Shown: positions 1 through 9,517, numbered from the stretch's first letter. The stretch is 40,205 bases of DNA from an uncultured Gammaproteobacteria bacterium (GCA_964640515.1 CAZXFG010000002.1:1-40205); one strand, 5' to 3'. Program-made: numbers and translations. Notes: generated by a model not told the origin, from the sequence alone.

Positions 1-1714
1 TGTTGCCGATATTAGCGGCCGGGGCGTCAATGCCGGAGATGTCTATGATGGAGAGGGCGTCGTCAATACCTGCGGTCACATAAGCGTATTTGCCAGATAC
101 AAAAACAGAATTAGCGCCATTAAGCTGTGTCGCTCCCACACCATCCTTGATAACACCCGCCTCCCACGGCGCGGTTGGATCAGAAATGTCTATGACAGAA
201 AGAGAATCGTCTCCTATAGAAGCTACATAAGCGTATTTTCCGGAAACATAGACTGATTCAGCATTATTTAATTCCGTGGCTCCACCTCCATCAACTATCG
301 TACCCACTTCTCTAGGGCTGGCCGGGTTGGAAATATCAATAATGGAAAGGGCGTTTTCTGTTGCCACAGCCACATAAGCGTACTTACCGGAAACATAGAC
401 TGATGACGGACCGGTTAGTTTAGTAGCTGTCCCGCCCGAACCATCATCAACTATCGTACCCACTTCTCTAGGGCTGGCCGGGTTGGAAATATCAATAATG
501 GAAAGGGCGTTTTCTGTTGCCACAGCCACATAAGCGTATTTGCCGGAAACATATATTGAGTAGGGGTAGGCAAGCTTGGTAGCAGTGCCGCCCACGGAAT
601 CGTCAGACAGAGAACCCACTACTACAGGATTGTTTGGATTTGAAATATCCACTATATAAAGAGCGCTATTGTCGATAGAGCCGACATAGGCATATCTGCC
701 GGAAACATAAACAGCGCTGGCGCTTAACCCGGTGACAGCGCCTGTCTCTCTGGGGCTGGCCGGGTTGGAAATATCAATAATGGAAAGGGCGCTATCATCT
801 CTCACAGCCACATAGGCATATTGGCCGGAAACAAACAAATCGTATGGAGATCCCAAATACCTCGCCCCTACACCATCTTTAATATATCCGACTGCCGTGG
901 AACTGGCAGGATTAGAGATATCTAACACCGAAAGCGAACTATCAGTCACAGAAATCACATAGGCATACTTACCTAAAACATCAACATCAGTGGCCGGGTT
1001 TAGCTGGTTACCGTCTATTTGAGACGAAGTAATAACACTCTTTTCGGTAGGATTGGAAGCCGACTGCAGATAATTTCCGCCATATTGATGGAATTTTTCG
1101 CTGGGGGTAGTGGTGCCAACACCAAATCTCCCTGTCACCGAAGAAGTCGCGACCGTAGTAGTGTTAAAAGTGAAACTGCCATCGCTGGCCGATATCGGAA
1201 TATAGGTGGAACTGGAAGCAGTGCTGGTAGCCGCTACCCCGCCCAAGTATAAAGCATTAAAAGCATAAGGAGCGGCGGTAATCTGTTTGCGGGGGCTAAG
1301 AGTCTGCGAGTTGATGCGCACCTCCAAGTATAGCGAAGCATTGTTTTGAAAAATACTTTGGTCCAGCGCGTTAGTTGGAACCGAGGTATCGCCCAAGTTA
1401 ATACTAAATAAACCATTGCTCGGCGTGGTGCTGACATGCAGAGGAGAGCCAATAGTGCCACTGGCTGAATATAAAATATTTCCTCCGGCGCTGGCGTCAT
1501 AAATCAAGAAATACATGGCCTGGGTGGTGGTAGCCGCTGAACCGCTGACCAGAAGCTTGCCCTGATAAGTGACAATAGCCGGTGGATTGGCGGCTTGCGC
1601 TTGAAAATCAAAAACCAGATATCCAACAGCAAGAACAGATAACAAAAATAACCCAATTAACGGCAAAAATCGGATTTTTACTTTTCGTAATCCCTGTTTT
1701 AAAGCCTCCAGCAT
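1..1714 (-). CDS. LVIVD-repeat surface protein, partial (C-terminus runs off the left edge)
   Basis: Open minus-strand frame from ATG at 1714-1712 to position 2; it is missing from the ORF track because no stop lies in the window. The N-terminus MLEALKQGLRKVKIRFLPLIGLFLLSVLAVGYL looks like a signal/TM segment. It is followed by about 7 repeats of the form GKYAYVA....ALSIIDISNPASP, the LVIVD beta-propeller repeat pattern. Confidence 0.8.
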   Translation of the reverse strand, partial: MLEALKQGLRKVKIRFLPLIGLFLLSVLAVGYLVFDFQAQAANPPAIVTYQGKLLVSGSAATTTQAMYFLIYDASAGGNILYSASGTIGSPLHVSTTPSNGLFSINLGDTSVPTNALDQSIFQNNASLYLEVRINSQTLSPRKQITAAPYAFNALYLGGVAATSTASSSTYIPISASDGSFTFNTTTVATSSVTGRFGVGTTTPSEKFHQYGGNYLQSASNPTEKSVITSSQIDGNQLNPATDVDVLGKYAYVISVTDSSLSVLDISNPASSTAVGYIKDGVGARYLGSPYDLFVSGQYAYVAVRDDSALSIIDISNPASPRETGAVTGLSASAVYVSGRYAYVGSIDNSALYIVDISNPNNPVVVGSLSDDSVGGTATKLAYPYSIYVSGKYAYVAVATENALSIIDISNPASPREVGTIVDDGSGGTATKLTGPSSVYVSGKYAYVAVATENALSIIDISNPASPREVGTIVDGGGATELNNAESVYVSGKYAYVASIGDDSLSVIDISDPTAPWEAGVIKDGVGATQLNGANSVFVSGKYAYVTAGIDDALSIIDISGIDAPAANIGN

Positions 1715-1852
1715 AATAACCAAAGCGTGATTATCTCTCTCCCACTTTAGTTGTTAGTAACATTATACCACAAAATGATAATATTATTTATATTGTAAGG
1801 ACACAAAACTGTTAATAACTTTTTTACCGAGATTTTTAATAAAAAATAAAAA

Positions 1853-1874
1853 CATCCTAAATAAAATTAGGATG
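1853..1874 (-). terminator. Hairpin terminator downstream of the 1084-aa gene
   Basis: CATCCTAA-ataaaa-TTAGGATG hairpin lies just past the stop at 1901. An A-run on the plus side gives a U-run on the minus transcript. Confidence 0.45.
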
Positions 1875-1900
1875 CTTAGGTTAGCCAAAAATCTTAATTA

Positions 1901-4900
1901 TCAGGCATGCGTTTTGCCGGCGCGCTTCAAAGGTACATTTACGGCGATCATACTCTCCTTTTTCCCGGCCATATCAATAACCCCTGTCTTGTGTTCTTCA
2001 TAAGCCGCGTGGCTATAAGTCATATAATATTTATTCTCTCCGGCCAAAAAATAATAACGCCCTCGGCTGTCAGTAACTTGAGTCGCCACTAATTTGTTGA
2101 ACTGCGAGTCAAAAAGCCGAGCGATAACCCGGGCGATAGGCCGTCTGGAAGCGACATCATAGACAATGCCCCATCCCTTGGGTTTTTTAGACACGGCCAA
2201 ACGCTTGAAAACAAAAAACAAAAACAAATGCGCGACCAGCAAAACACCAACATACCACTGACGGGAAATATAGAAAGAAATCGCGGTCACTATCAAGCCA
2301 GCCCAAGAAAGAAAGACCTGCAACCGCCGCAAAAATTTCTGTACGGCCAGCCGTCTGGGGCCGGCGGTGGCGCCCACCGGGTCAATTGGGATATTTACGG
2401 CTACCATAGCGTTTTCTTCAGACACCTCTATCGCCTCGCCGTGATAAATATCAGCGCGGGTCCCATCGGTTTTGAATTCTTTGAGCAAAGCTGAAGGAAA
2501 AACCAACCCATCCTTGGTTACCGCAATCTTATATTTTCCCGGCTTGGCGCTGAAAATATATCTACCTTGCGCGTCAGTAACCCGCGACTGCACTATCCTG
2601 CCGGTTGATTGATCCACCAGACGCACCATGGCTAAATCAATCGGCAATTTGTTTAAAGAATTATATACCTGGCCCCATTTCTCCCGTTTTTTCTTGCCCA
2701 ACAACAATAACGGCTGTAAAAATAAAAATTGCAATAAAGATAAAAGATTTGACCAAGAAACCACTGACACCGCGCTGACCGCCACTATGCCAATCGCTGT
2801 CGGGGCGACTACTTGGCTAGCGGTTTTTTTCACTTCCGGATTCTTTATCGTGTCGGCCACTCTTTCTACCGTCACTTGACTAATCGCGCCGGCTTGAAGA
2901 GTCAAATTCTTAGTTATACTTTTTACATTCTTCAAGACCGAAACTTGGGGGTCAATCTCAATCAACGGCGGTTTAGGAATTAAAGAAAAAACAAGATTAA
3001 CCAAATTATTTTTTACCTCTACCGGGATTTTGCGTCCATAATACCCCGCTTTTTTAGTCTCAATAAAATATTGCCCATTAGGCGCCATCCAGCCGTAGGT
3101 GCCATTTTGATCGGTAATCACCGGATTTGTTTCTCCATAGAGGGAAACATCAACTTTATTTCCTCCGGCGGCCAGTAAAATTATTTCCACACCCTCCAAA
3201 TGCATATTATCCTTGCCTCTCACTTCACCCAAACCGGCGCTCTGAAGCTCAAATTCCACGGTATCAAATTGATTGTTGCCATAATCTACTTCCAAAAAAG
3301 ACTGATGCGGACCGGCCGAAGGAAAACTAATATCGGAAAAATATATTTCCGCGACCGGATTATAGACAAACTGATGGGTGCTCCCGCCGTCAATCTTAAG
3401 CAATATGCTGATTGGCGGGCCGGCTAGAATTTTCTTGGGGACGCCGACTGTAAAAGCCGACCCAAACAAACCGGCGACTGTTTTCCCTTGGCCGACGCTT
3501 AATTTAATCTGACGATTACCGGCTAAAAACAATAAACCGGATAAATCTATCTTGGCAAACTCCGGCACACTGGACGGGGGCGGGTTATACTCCTCATTAT
3601 CAGCTTCATCAACACAGCCCGGGTCATTAGGAAAATCAACCAGGCCATCGCCATCATTATCTAAACCATCGGCGCAAGCCGTCCGGACAGTGGCTCCACC
3701 CGGGAGCGCCGGTCCGGCGCAAACCGGAAAACCGCCGCAATCCGCGTCCGCGCAATCCACTCTTCCGTCTCCGTCATCATCCAAACCATTGTCGCACAAC
3801 TCCGGCTGCGCCCCGCCTCCGGGGCCGGGAGGGACGACGCAAGATATATTGGTCGCGCAATCAAGGTCAGCGCAATCTATGAACCCGTCATTATCATCAT
3901 CAAGATTATTGTCGCAAATTTCAGCCGGTGGCGGAGGCGGCGCTTGAGGAGTGATTTTTCCATTCTTAAACACCCCGCCGCTGTAATTACCTGAAGTATC
4001 ATAGGAAAAAAGAGTGTAATAATAATCAACATTCGCCTGCGCGTTTTGATCAGTAAAATTTTCCAATTTACTCGTATAAACCAACAGACCATCGTTGACA
4101 TTGGCCGAACTGGCGCCGACCTTCCTCACTATCTTAATCCCTAAAAAATCCGGCACATTGAGCAAGGAAGGGTTGTTCCAACTCAAGCTGATGGAACTCT
4201 GGTTTACTGTCAATTGCAAGCCGTTTACATCGGGCGGCGGCACATTGTCTTTGTTGGTTTTAAAAGTGCCGTCAACGCTCTGGGCGCTATTGGCCGAGGC
4301 ATCGGTAGAAATCACCCGAAAATGATAGGTCGTATTGGGCAACAAACCGGGCACTACGACACTGTGTTGTGTGACACTCGCATTGTCTAAAGCGGTACTG
4401 CCATATTGACTGGTCAAACCAAAATTGACCTGGCTGTCAGCCACTTCATCAGTATCCCAAGTGATAGTGGCGCTGGTAATGGCCGGGACTGCCGTTACAT
4501 TGGAAATGACCGGCGGAACATTATCTACATCTGATAAAGTCTTAAAATTTCCGGCATTAAACACGCTTTGATTGATTGTATCGGTAACAGTGATGCGATA
4601 ATAATAAGTGGTGTTAACATTTAACCCGGCCAAATTAACTTCATAGCCCCCCCCCACATTTCCACTACTGCCGTATGCGTCAGTCAAACCATAAACAAAA
4701 ATTGTGGTGGATACGCCATGGTCATCGCTGGCGCTCCAGGTAATTTTAACTGAATTCTTCGCCGGCGTTACAACCACATTGTTAATCACCGGAGGATTAT
4801 CTGCCGGAGGCGGCGGAGGTGGAGTATCTCCACCACCAGGACAGGTCTTTAACGTACAATCGGCGTTACAATCATTAGGGCACGCGCTGCCATTTAAAAT

Positions 4901-5155
4901 TCCATCATCACAATCCTCTCCGATATCTACCAACGCATTACCGCAAACAGCCGCCGGCACAGTACCGCCCACGGTAATCGTTTCCTGCTGACTGGTTGAT
5001 AACGCTTCCAAAGTAAAAACAGATGTCACCGTCAATACCGCAAAAAACAAAAACAAAATTTTTGCTTTTTTTGATTTTAAAATATTTTTAATCAATTTTT
5101 CAACCACGATAATCATAATGACGCCTGTATAAACGATAAACCAGCGATAAACCAA
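1901..5155 (-). CDS. Giant multidomain cell-surface/membrane protein (FN3-like x3, Cys/Asp-rich Ca-binding-like repeats x3, CarboxypepD_reg-like domains, several TM segments)
   Basis: 1084-aa ORF. An N-terminal TM is followed by a Cys-rich module and a poly-Pro linker. Three ~95-aa FN3-like units are visible (VKITWSASDD..YYYRITVTD; ATITWDTDE..TYHFRVISTD; ISLSWNNPS..YYYTLFSYD). Three CDNxxDDDxDGxxDCxDxDC repeats follow. CarboxypepD_reg-like segments (DQNGTYGW..GQYFIETKKAGY; DAQGRYIF..GKYKIAVTKDG; DSRGRYYF) are interleaved with hydrophobic helices. The true start may be the in-frame ATG at 5116. Confidence 0.8.
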   Translation of the reverse strand: MVYRWFIVYTGVIMIIVVEKLIKNILKSKKAKILFLFFAVLTVTSVFTLEALSTSQQETITVGGTVPAAVCGNALVDIGEDCDDGILNGSACPNDCNADCTLKTCPGGGDTPPPPPPADNPPVINNVVVTPAKNSVKITWSASDDHGVSTTIFVYGLTDAYGSSGNVGGGYEVNLAGLNVNTTYYYRITVTDTINQSVFNAGNFKTLSDVDNVPPVISNVTAVPAITSATITWDTDEVADSQVNFGLTSQYGSTALDNASVTQHSVVVPGLLPNTTYHFRVISTDASANSAQSVDGTFKTNKDNVPPPDVNGLQLTVNQSSISLSWNNPSLLNVPDFLGIKIVRKVGASSANVNDGLLVYTSKLENFTDQNAQANVDYYYTLFSYDTSGNYSGGVFKNGKITPQAPPPPPAEICDNNLDDDNDGFIDCADLDCATNISCVVPPGPGGGAQPELCDNGLDDDGDGRVDCADADCGGFPVCAGPALPGGATVRTACADGLDNDGDGLVDFPNDPGCVDEADNEEYNPPPSSVPEFAKIDLSGLLFLAGNRQIKLSVGQGKTVAGLFGSAFTVGVPKKILAGPPISILLKIDGGSTHQFVYNPVAEIYFSDISFPSAGPHQSFLEVDYGNNQFDTVEFELQSAGLGEVRGKDNMHLEGVEIILLAAGGNKVDVSLYGETNPVITDQNGTYGWMAPNGQYFIETKKAGYYGRKIPVEVKNNLVNLVFSLIPKPPLIEIDPQVSVLKNVKSITKNLTLQAGAISQVTVERVADTIKNPEVKKTASQVVAPTAIGIVAVSAVSVVSWSNLLSLLQFLFLQPLLLLGKKKREKWGQVYNSLNKLPIDLAMVRLVDQSTGRIVQSRVTDAQGRYIFSAKPGKYKIAVTKDGLVFPSALLKEFKTDGTRADIYHGEAIEVSEENAMVAVNIPIDPVGATAGPRRLAVQKFLRRLQVFLSWAGLIVTAISFYISRQWYVGVLLVAHLFLFFVFKRLAVSKKPKGWGIVYDVASRRPIARVIARLFDSQFNKLVATQVTDSRGRYYFLAGENKYYMTYSHAAYEEHKTGVIDMAGKKESMIAVNVPLKRAGKTHA

Positions 5156-5981
5156 CGCACAATAAAATCCCTAATATCGCGATACTCCATTTGGGAAAAT
5201 ACCAAACCGGCGCTAAGACCGTAATGGTCTGTTGTGTCCGTCCGTAAACTACCTGCGCCCGCGCTTGGTATCTTCCCGGCCACAATATATCAGGGCGAAT
5301 ATTTTTTTCTAAACGACGATGAGCGCCAACCAAAAGCTGGCCGCCGGCCAACCAAGTTTCTTCAAAAATTTCTTTATTCAGATAACTGACAGACAACCGA
5401 CTGCCCAAAGGTATGTCAATATTTCCTTTATTGCTCACTTCCAAATTGATTTTCCAATCATTATCCCAAGTAAAAATATCATCGCACTTAAAATCTTCTA
5501 TTTTTACCACTTCCTCCGCCCGGCCGGCGACTTGAAGAGATAAAATAGAAAACAACCTACCTCCGATTTGATTTACTCCAGACTGACTATCTTCAGGTAT
5601 CGCCTCCGCGGCTAAACCCAAAAAATGTGAGAGCGGAGGCGCGCCGGAAGGAACGGAAACGAGAAATTTTACATTTTCTTCCGCCCCGGATTTCAGTGAA
5701 ATAATGTCTTTTTCCGGCTTCGCCCATTGCTCCGCCTCTTCTGTGCCAATACCAAAAATTATACCCCCCTGCTCATTTTGTTTTATACCGCCGACAAAAA
5801 TCCTAAAATCCTGACCCCCCCGCCCTTCGTTCTTGACCGTCAAATAAACCGCCTGTGACTGGCCGGGACCAAGAGTCACCAAATATTTAGTGGGTAAAAT
5901 GGAAAAAGCTTGTGACCGGCCGACATGAAGCGACGCGACAATTAAAAACAAGAAGAAAAAAAACCAAAATTTTCGCCACAT
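5100..5981 (-). CDS. Signal-peptide protein with C-terminal TM anchor; resembles DUF916/DUF3324 (WxL-locus) cell-surface proteins
   Basis: 293-aa ORF with N-terminal signal MWRKFWFFFFLFLIVASLHVGRSQA. The stretch FSILPTKYLVTLGPGQSQAVYLTVKNEG fits the DUF916-type pattern. The C-terminus has a TM plus basic tail (WSIAILGILLCVGLSLVYRLYRRH). The family assignment is by eye only. Confidence 0.6.
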   Translation of the reverse strand: MWRKFWFFFFLFLIVASLHVGRSQAFSILPTKYLVTLGPGQSQAVYLTVKNEGRGGQDFRIFVGGIKQNEQGGIIFGIGTEEAEQWAKPEKDIISLKSGAEENVKFLVSVPSGAPPLSHFLGLAAEAIPEDSQSGVNQIGGRLFSILSLQVAGRAEEVVKIEDFKCDDIFTWDNDWKINLEVSNKGNIDIPLGSRLSVSYLNKEIFEETWLAGGQLLVGAHRRLEKNIRPDILWPGRYQARAQVVYGRTQQTITVLAPVWYFPKWSIAILGILLCVGLSLVYRLYRRHYDYRG

Positions 5982-5986
5982 AAAAA

Positions 5987-6625
5987 TTACAGAGTCAAAT
6001 TAGCGGAGGCCTGCAAAATGATAGTTTGCGATCGCGCGCCGGCGGTAGTAACCTTGCTGACAGATGCCTTGAAAGTCAAGGTTTCTTGACTGTTATAAAC
6101 CGGAGTGCTGGAAACCGCGATCTGTAAACCAACCGCGACAGCATTGTCCCCGCTTAGGAGGTTGTCGTCTCCGCTTGCGGCAAACCCATACTCTTCCGAA
6201 CCGGCTGTAACCGCTCCGTCAGCTACGGCCGTCAGACTGGTGCCGCTTACTTCTCCTATAGAGAGAGCGTAACCGCTTTCATCATCCGTGGTAATGGTGA
6301 CCACCGTGCCGACAGAACTGACACCGGCCCTATAAATATCTCCTAGATCCAAGGTGCTATCGCTAAAACTTATAGAGATGGAACTGGATACCATCGCCTG
6401 ATAACCACCGCGCACTTCATAAACACCACCGCTGGTGGTAGTGGCGATGGCCTCTCCCCAACTATCCTCCAGACCATATATGCCTCCCTCGCTTAAGCCC
6501 CCGCCCGTATCAATCACATCGGCATAAATACGGTAACTATTATCCGGAGAAACCATGTCTCCTCTCACGGACATGGGTGTTGTCAATCCTAAAAAAACTA
6601 AAATTAAAACCGCTAACTTTCGCAT
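5987..6625 (-). CDS. Secreted Gly/Ser/Thr-rich hypothetical protein
   Basis: 212-aa ORF with signal peptide MRKLAVLILVFLGLTTPMSVRG. It is tightly packed between its neighbours (gaps of 14 and 5 nt). No recognisable catalytic motif. Confidence 0.7.
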   Translation of the reverse strand: MRKLAVLILVFLGLTTPMSVRGDMVSPDNSYRIYADVIDTGGGLSEGGIYGLEDSWGEAIATTTSGGVYEVRGGYQAMVSSSISISFSDSTLDLGDIYRAGVSSVGTVVTITTDDESGYALSIGEVSGTSLTAVADGAVTAGSEEYGFAASGDDNLLSGDNAVAVGLQIAVSSTPVYNSQETLTFKASVSKVTTAGARSQTIILQASANLTL

Positions 6626-6639
6626 AGATTAATCTTTTT

Positions 6640-8925
6640 TTATCTCCCTCCCACCAACAACCTAATCTTGTTGGTTATATCCTGATTGTTTGGATTCAAA
6701 TCTTTGACTTTATAATAATATTCTAAAGCCGCGCTGCGTTCGCCTCGTAATTCATACAGCAACCCCAAACTGTACAAAACATTAGAATAATTAGGAGACA
6801 AACGAGCCGCTTCCAACCATAATTTTTCCGCCTCGCCGCGATCGGCGCCCTTGTTGCGATTATAGAGCAAACGACCGTAATTAAACAAAATCTCCACATT
6901 TCCGGCTCCTGCCGGCAGAATACTTTTATAAACTTCAACAGCCCGTTCCGGTTGGTTGGTCTGCTCATAAGCATTGGCCAATCCGGTGTGCGCCCCCAGA
7001 TAATCACTCTTCAGCCGGATGGCCTCTTTATAATTTTTAATCGCGTCCTCCCATTTACCGGCCAAAGCATAGTTGTTGGCCAACCTCCAATACAAAACAG
7101 CGTTGGTCGGCTCTAAATCTTTGGCGGTCTGCCAAGTTTTAATAGCCCAGTCACGCGCCTCGGGCACTAAAGCCGAAGCATTTTCATACATCACAGCCAG
7201 ATTTTCCCAGATCATCACCGTATTGGGAGAAATTTCAGTCGCCCTTTTGGCCTCGTTCACCGCCTTAGCCACCAAAACGCTAATAGCCGGCACATCAGGT
7301 TGAGCAACCTTGGTCATGTCCGTGGCTTGGTACAGATATACTTGAGCCAAGGCAGAATGGTAGATATCGGTATTCGGACGCTGTCCAATCGCCCGGACCA
7401 GTTTGTCCTCGGCCACCTTATAATCATTGCTCTGCAAAGCCTGCGCGTACAACAGCTCCCCGGAATACAACCGCGCGCCCCATACCCCGGCCATAATCAC
7501 GGCGGAAATAATAACGATTAAAATAAAAGAAAAAGATAAACTATATTGCGGTGTATCTTCCACGGTCCATTCTCGGTCTTTGATAATCCCCTTGTATAAA
7601 AAGGCCAGACCGGTCACTACCAGACCGAGCAGTAGCCACCACAGCCACCAAAGCGCCGGCCCGAAAAAAATGAAACACATGCCAATAGACAAAACCAGCC
7701 AGGCCAGAGCCGTGAGAAAAATTTCCAATCTGATATTGTCTTGACGCAGGCCCAAACCGAATCCCGCGCTTTCCGGTATTCCTTGATCCCGACTGTGATA
7801 CCAGACTTGGAAGACATGCCCCAAGACATAGAGGATAATAAAAACAAAAAGCAGAGTAAACAATAAACCATTTTCAGAAACAAAAGCCTGCAGAGTATTG
7901 TAGGGCTGGCCAAAGCGCAACATCCAAGCTGTGCTGTCATAATTAAAGGCCTCGTCTCTAAACCTGGAAAAATCAACATTAAAAGTGCCGGCTCCGCTTC
8001 CTAACATAAAATTTTTCACTCCGCTAAAAACCGTGCTCCCGACGATTTTCCATGAAGGATTGCTACCCAAAGCCACTTCGGCCGGCACGACTGATTGCAG
8101 TTGTTTAGGCGTACCAAAAATAATCAAAATAATAGTCAGAACCAGCATGGCAAACAGCACTGACAACCATCCCATTCTCGCTTCTTTTACAAAGTTCACT
8201 CCTAAAATCAAGAGGAAGACTATCGCGATAACCAACATCCACCAAATCACTTCAAAACCCAATAAAACCAGGGATGTAATAGAAATTATGGAAATAAAAA
8301 AAACAACTAATGACCGGCCCGCCGGCAAATCTTTTTTAATCAACTGCCCGGCCGCGAGAATAAAAATCACCAACATCCACAAACCAAACGGACTATTGAT
8401 TTTTTCAATAGTATTCCAGACAGTCAGACCGAACCAAGAGGATAAAAAATCATAGTGAAACAAAGTCTTTAGACAAAACAGCGCTCCGGTCATCCCTCCC
8501 ACCAACAACAACGCGTCAGTCATCCCCCGCCACCAACCGGGTCGTTGCAAATAGTTAACCAGTACAAAATAAAAAACCGCTAAGGCCGATAAGAAAACAA
8601 AATGCAACACAAAATATTCGCTTCGCCCCAGGAAACTGTCATAGATATTGGCGGAAAATACTGAAGACAACAACATGAGACCAAGCAGAGCCAACACGAA
8701 AAAATCTAAAATTGACTGGCGATATGACAACCGCTTGGTTAAAACTATCTTTAGAGCGAAAAGCAGCACATTCATCAATACCAGCCCCATAAACAAATAC
8801 TGTTTTGGTATGATGTGAAAATCAACCAAATTTTTATCCATGACCAAGGGGATAAAAAACACATTCAAGACCAAAAGGATATAAGAAAATATATCCAAAA
8901 ACTTAAACAAGCGCCGGTTGGACAT
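6640..8925 (-). CDS. Polytopic membrane protein (O-antigen-ligase/Wzy-like) with C-terminal TPR repeats
   Basis: 761-aa ORF. The first ~480 aa contain at least 10 hydrophobic helices. The C-terminal ~270 aa carry repeated TPR-like units (AxxxYxxAlxlxPnn, e.g. WEDAIKNYKEAIRLKSDY, ALEYYYKVKDLNPNN). Confidence 0.7.
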   Translation of the reverse strand: MSNRRLFKFLDIFSYILLVLNVFFIPLVMDKNLVDFHIIPKQYLFMGLVLMNVLLFALKIVLTKRLSYRQSILDFFVLALLGLMLLSSVFSANIYDSFLGRSEYFVLHFVFLSALAVFYFVLVNYLQRPGWWRGMTDALLLVGGMTGALFCLKTLFHYDFLSSWFGLTVWNTIEKINSPFGLWMLVIFILAAGQLIKKDLPAGRSLVVFFISIISITSLVLLGFEVIWWMLVIAIVFLLILGVNFVKEARMGWLSVLFAMLVLTIILIIFGTPKQLQSVVPAEVALGSNPSWKIVGSTVFSGVKNFMLGSGAGTFNVDFSRFRDEAFNYDSTAWMLRFGQPYNTLQAFVSENGLLFTLLFVFIILYVLGHVFQVWYHSRDQGIPESAGFGLGLRQDNIRLEIFLTALAWLVLSIGMCFIFFGPALWWLWWLLLGLVVTGLAFLYKGIIKDREWTVEDTPQYSLSFSFILIVIISAVIMAGVWGARLYSGELLYAQALQSNDYKVAEDKLVRAIGQRPNTDIYHSALAQVYLYQATDMTKVAQPDVPAISVLVAKAVNEAKRATEISPNTVMIWENLAVMYENASALVPEARDWAIKTWQTAKDLEPTNAVLYWRLANNYALAGKWEDAIKNYKEAIRLKSDYLGAHTGLANAYEQTNQPERAVEVYKSILPAGAGNVEILFNYGRLLYNRNKGADRGEAEKLWLEAARLSPNYSNVLYSLGLLYELRGERSAALEYYYKVKDLNPNNQDITNKIRLLVGGR

Positions 8926-9011
8926 ACGTTTGATGGGTTAAAGAATAGATTTTACATATTCATTATACCATAATATTTCTTGATAAGAGATGTGCATAAC
9001 TACGGCTTGGT

Positions 9012-9041
9012 TTGACACGCGACTAGCGCGGGTGGTAAAAT
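9012..9041 (+). promoter_or_regulatory. Sigma70-like promoter for the LAGLIDADG-like ORF
   Basis: TTGACA (9012-9017), an 18-nt spacer, then TGgTAAAAT (extended -10, TAAAAT at 9036-9041), 30 nt upstream of the ATG at 9072. Confidence 0.5.
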
Positions 9042-9071
9042 ATAAGTGTTTCACAGAGATACGCTTAATTT

Positions 9072-9458
9072 ATGTCAGAAGTTCCCCAACAAACTAAGAA
9101 GGAACTCCCCTCTTTAGACTATATAGCCGGCCTAGTTTCCAGCCGCGGTAATTTTGGTTGGGCTAAAAAAGGAAAGCGGATAATCCCCTTCTTCCAAATC
9201 AAGATCCATCGTTCAGAACTCTCCACTCTTAAACTTGTTAAAGCCAAACTGGGTTTAAGGGAAAAGATATACGAATATTGCCATCAAAACAGAAACTATG
9301 CTTTACTGCTGGTAAGAAAAAAACTGGTCCTGGAACAGACGATTATACCCTCGTTTGAATTCCGCCTGTTTGGCGCGAGGCAAAAACAGTTTGAAAAATG
9401 GAAAAAACGGTTTTACCGGATATGGTTAGCCAAACTCTACCCGGAAGCTAAAATTTAA
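9072..9458 (+). CDS. Free-standing single-motif LAGLIDADG-like protein (degenerate motif)
   Basis: 128 aa. LDYIAGLVSSRGNF aligns by eye with the LAGLIDADG helix (YLAGFIDGEG type). It is followed by a beta-rich basic region typical of these folds (FFQIKIHRSELSTLKLVKAKLGL...IIPSFEF..LFGARQKQFEKW). Confidence 0.55.
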   Translation: MSEVPQQTKKELPSLDYIAGLVSSRGNFGWAKKGKRIIPFFQIKIHRSELSTLKLVKAKLGLREKIYEYCHQNRNYALLLVRKKLVLEQTIIPSFEFRLFGARQKQFEKWKKRFYRIWLAKLYPEAKI

Positions 9459-9517
9459 CGGGTGTTCCATAATAAACTCGCGTAAACATGTTACTTGTGA
9501 ACGGCTAAAAATGAAAA

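Noticed and set aside
289-791. Regularly spaced near-identical repeats as a possible CRISPR array
   Set aside because: The repeats lie inside an open reading frame with a 156-bp (52-codon) period. They encode LVIVD protein repeats, and the 'spacers' are homologous to each other at the protein level.
1019-1500. Track ORFs 1019-1252 (+) and 1234-1500 (-)
   Set aside because: They are alternative-frame or antisense ORFs within the edge-truncated LVIVD gene. The track omits that gene because it has no in-window stop.
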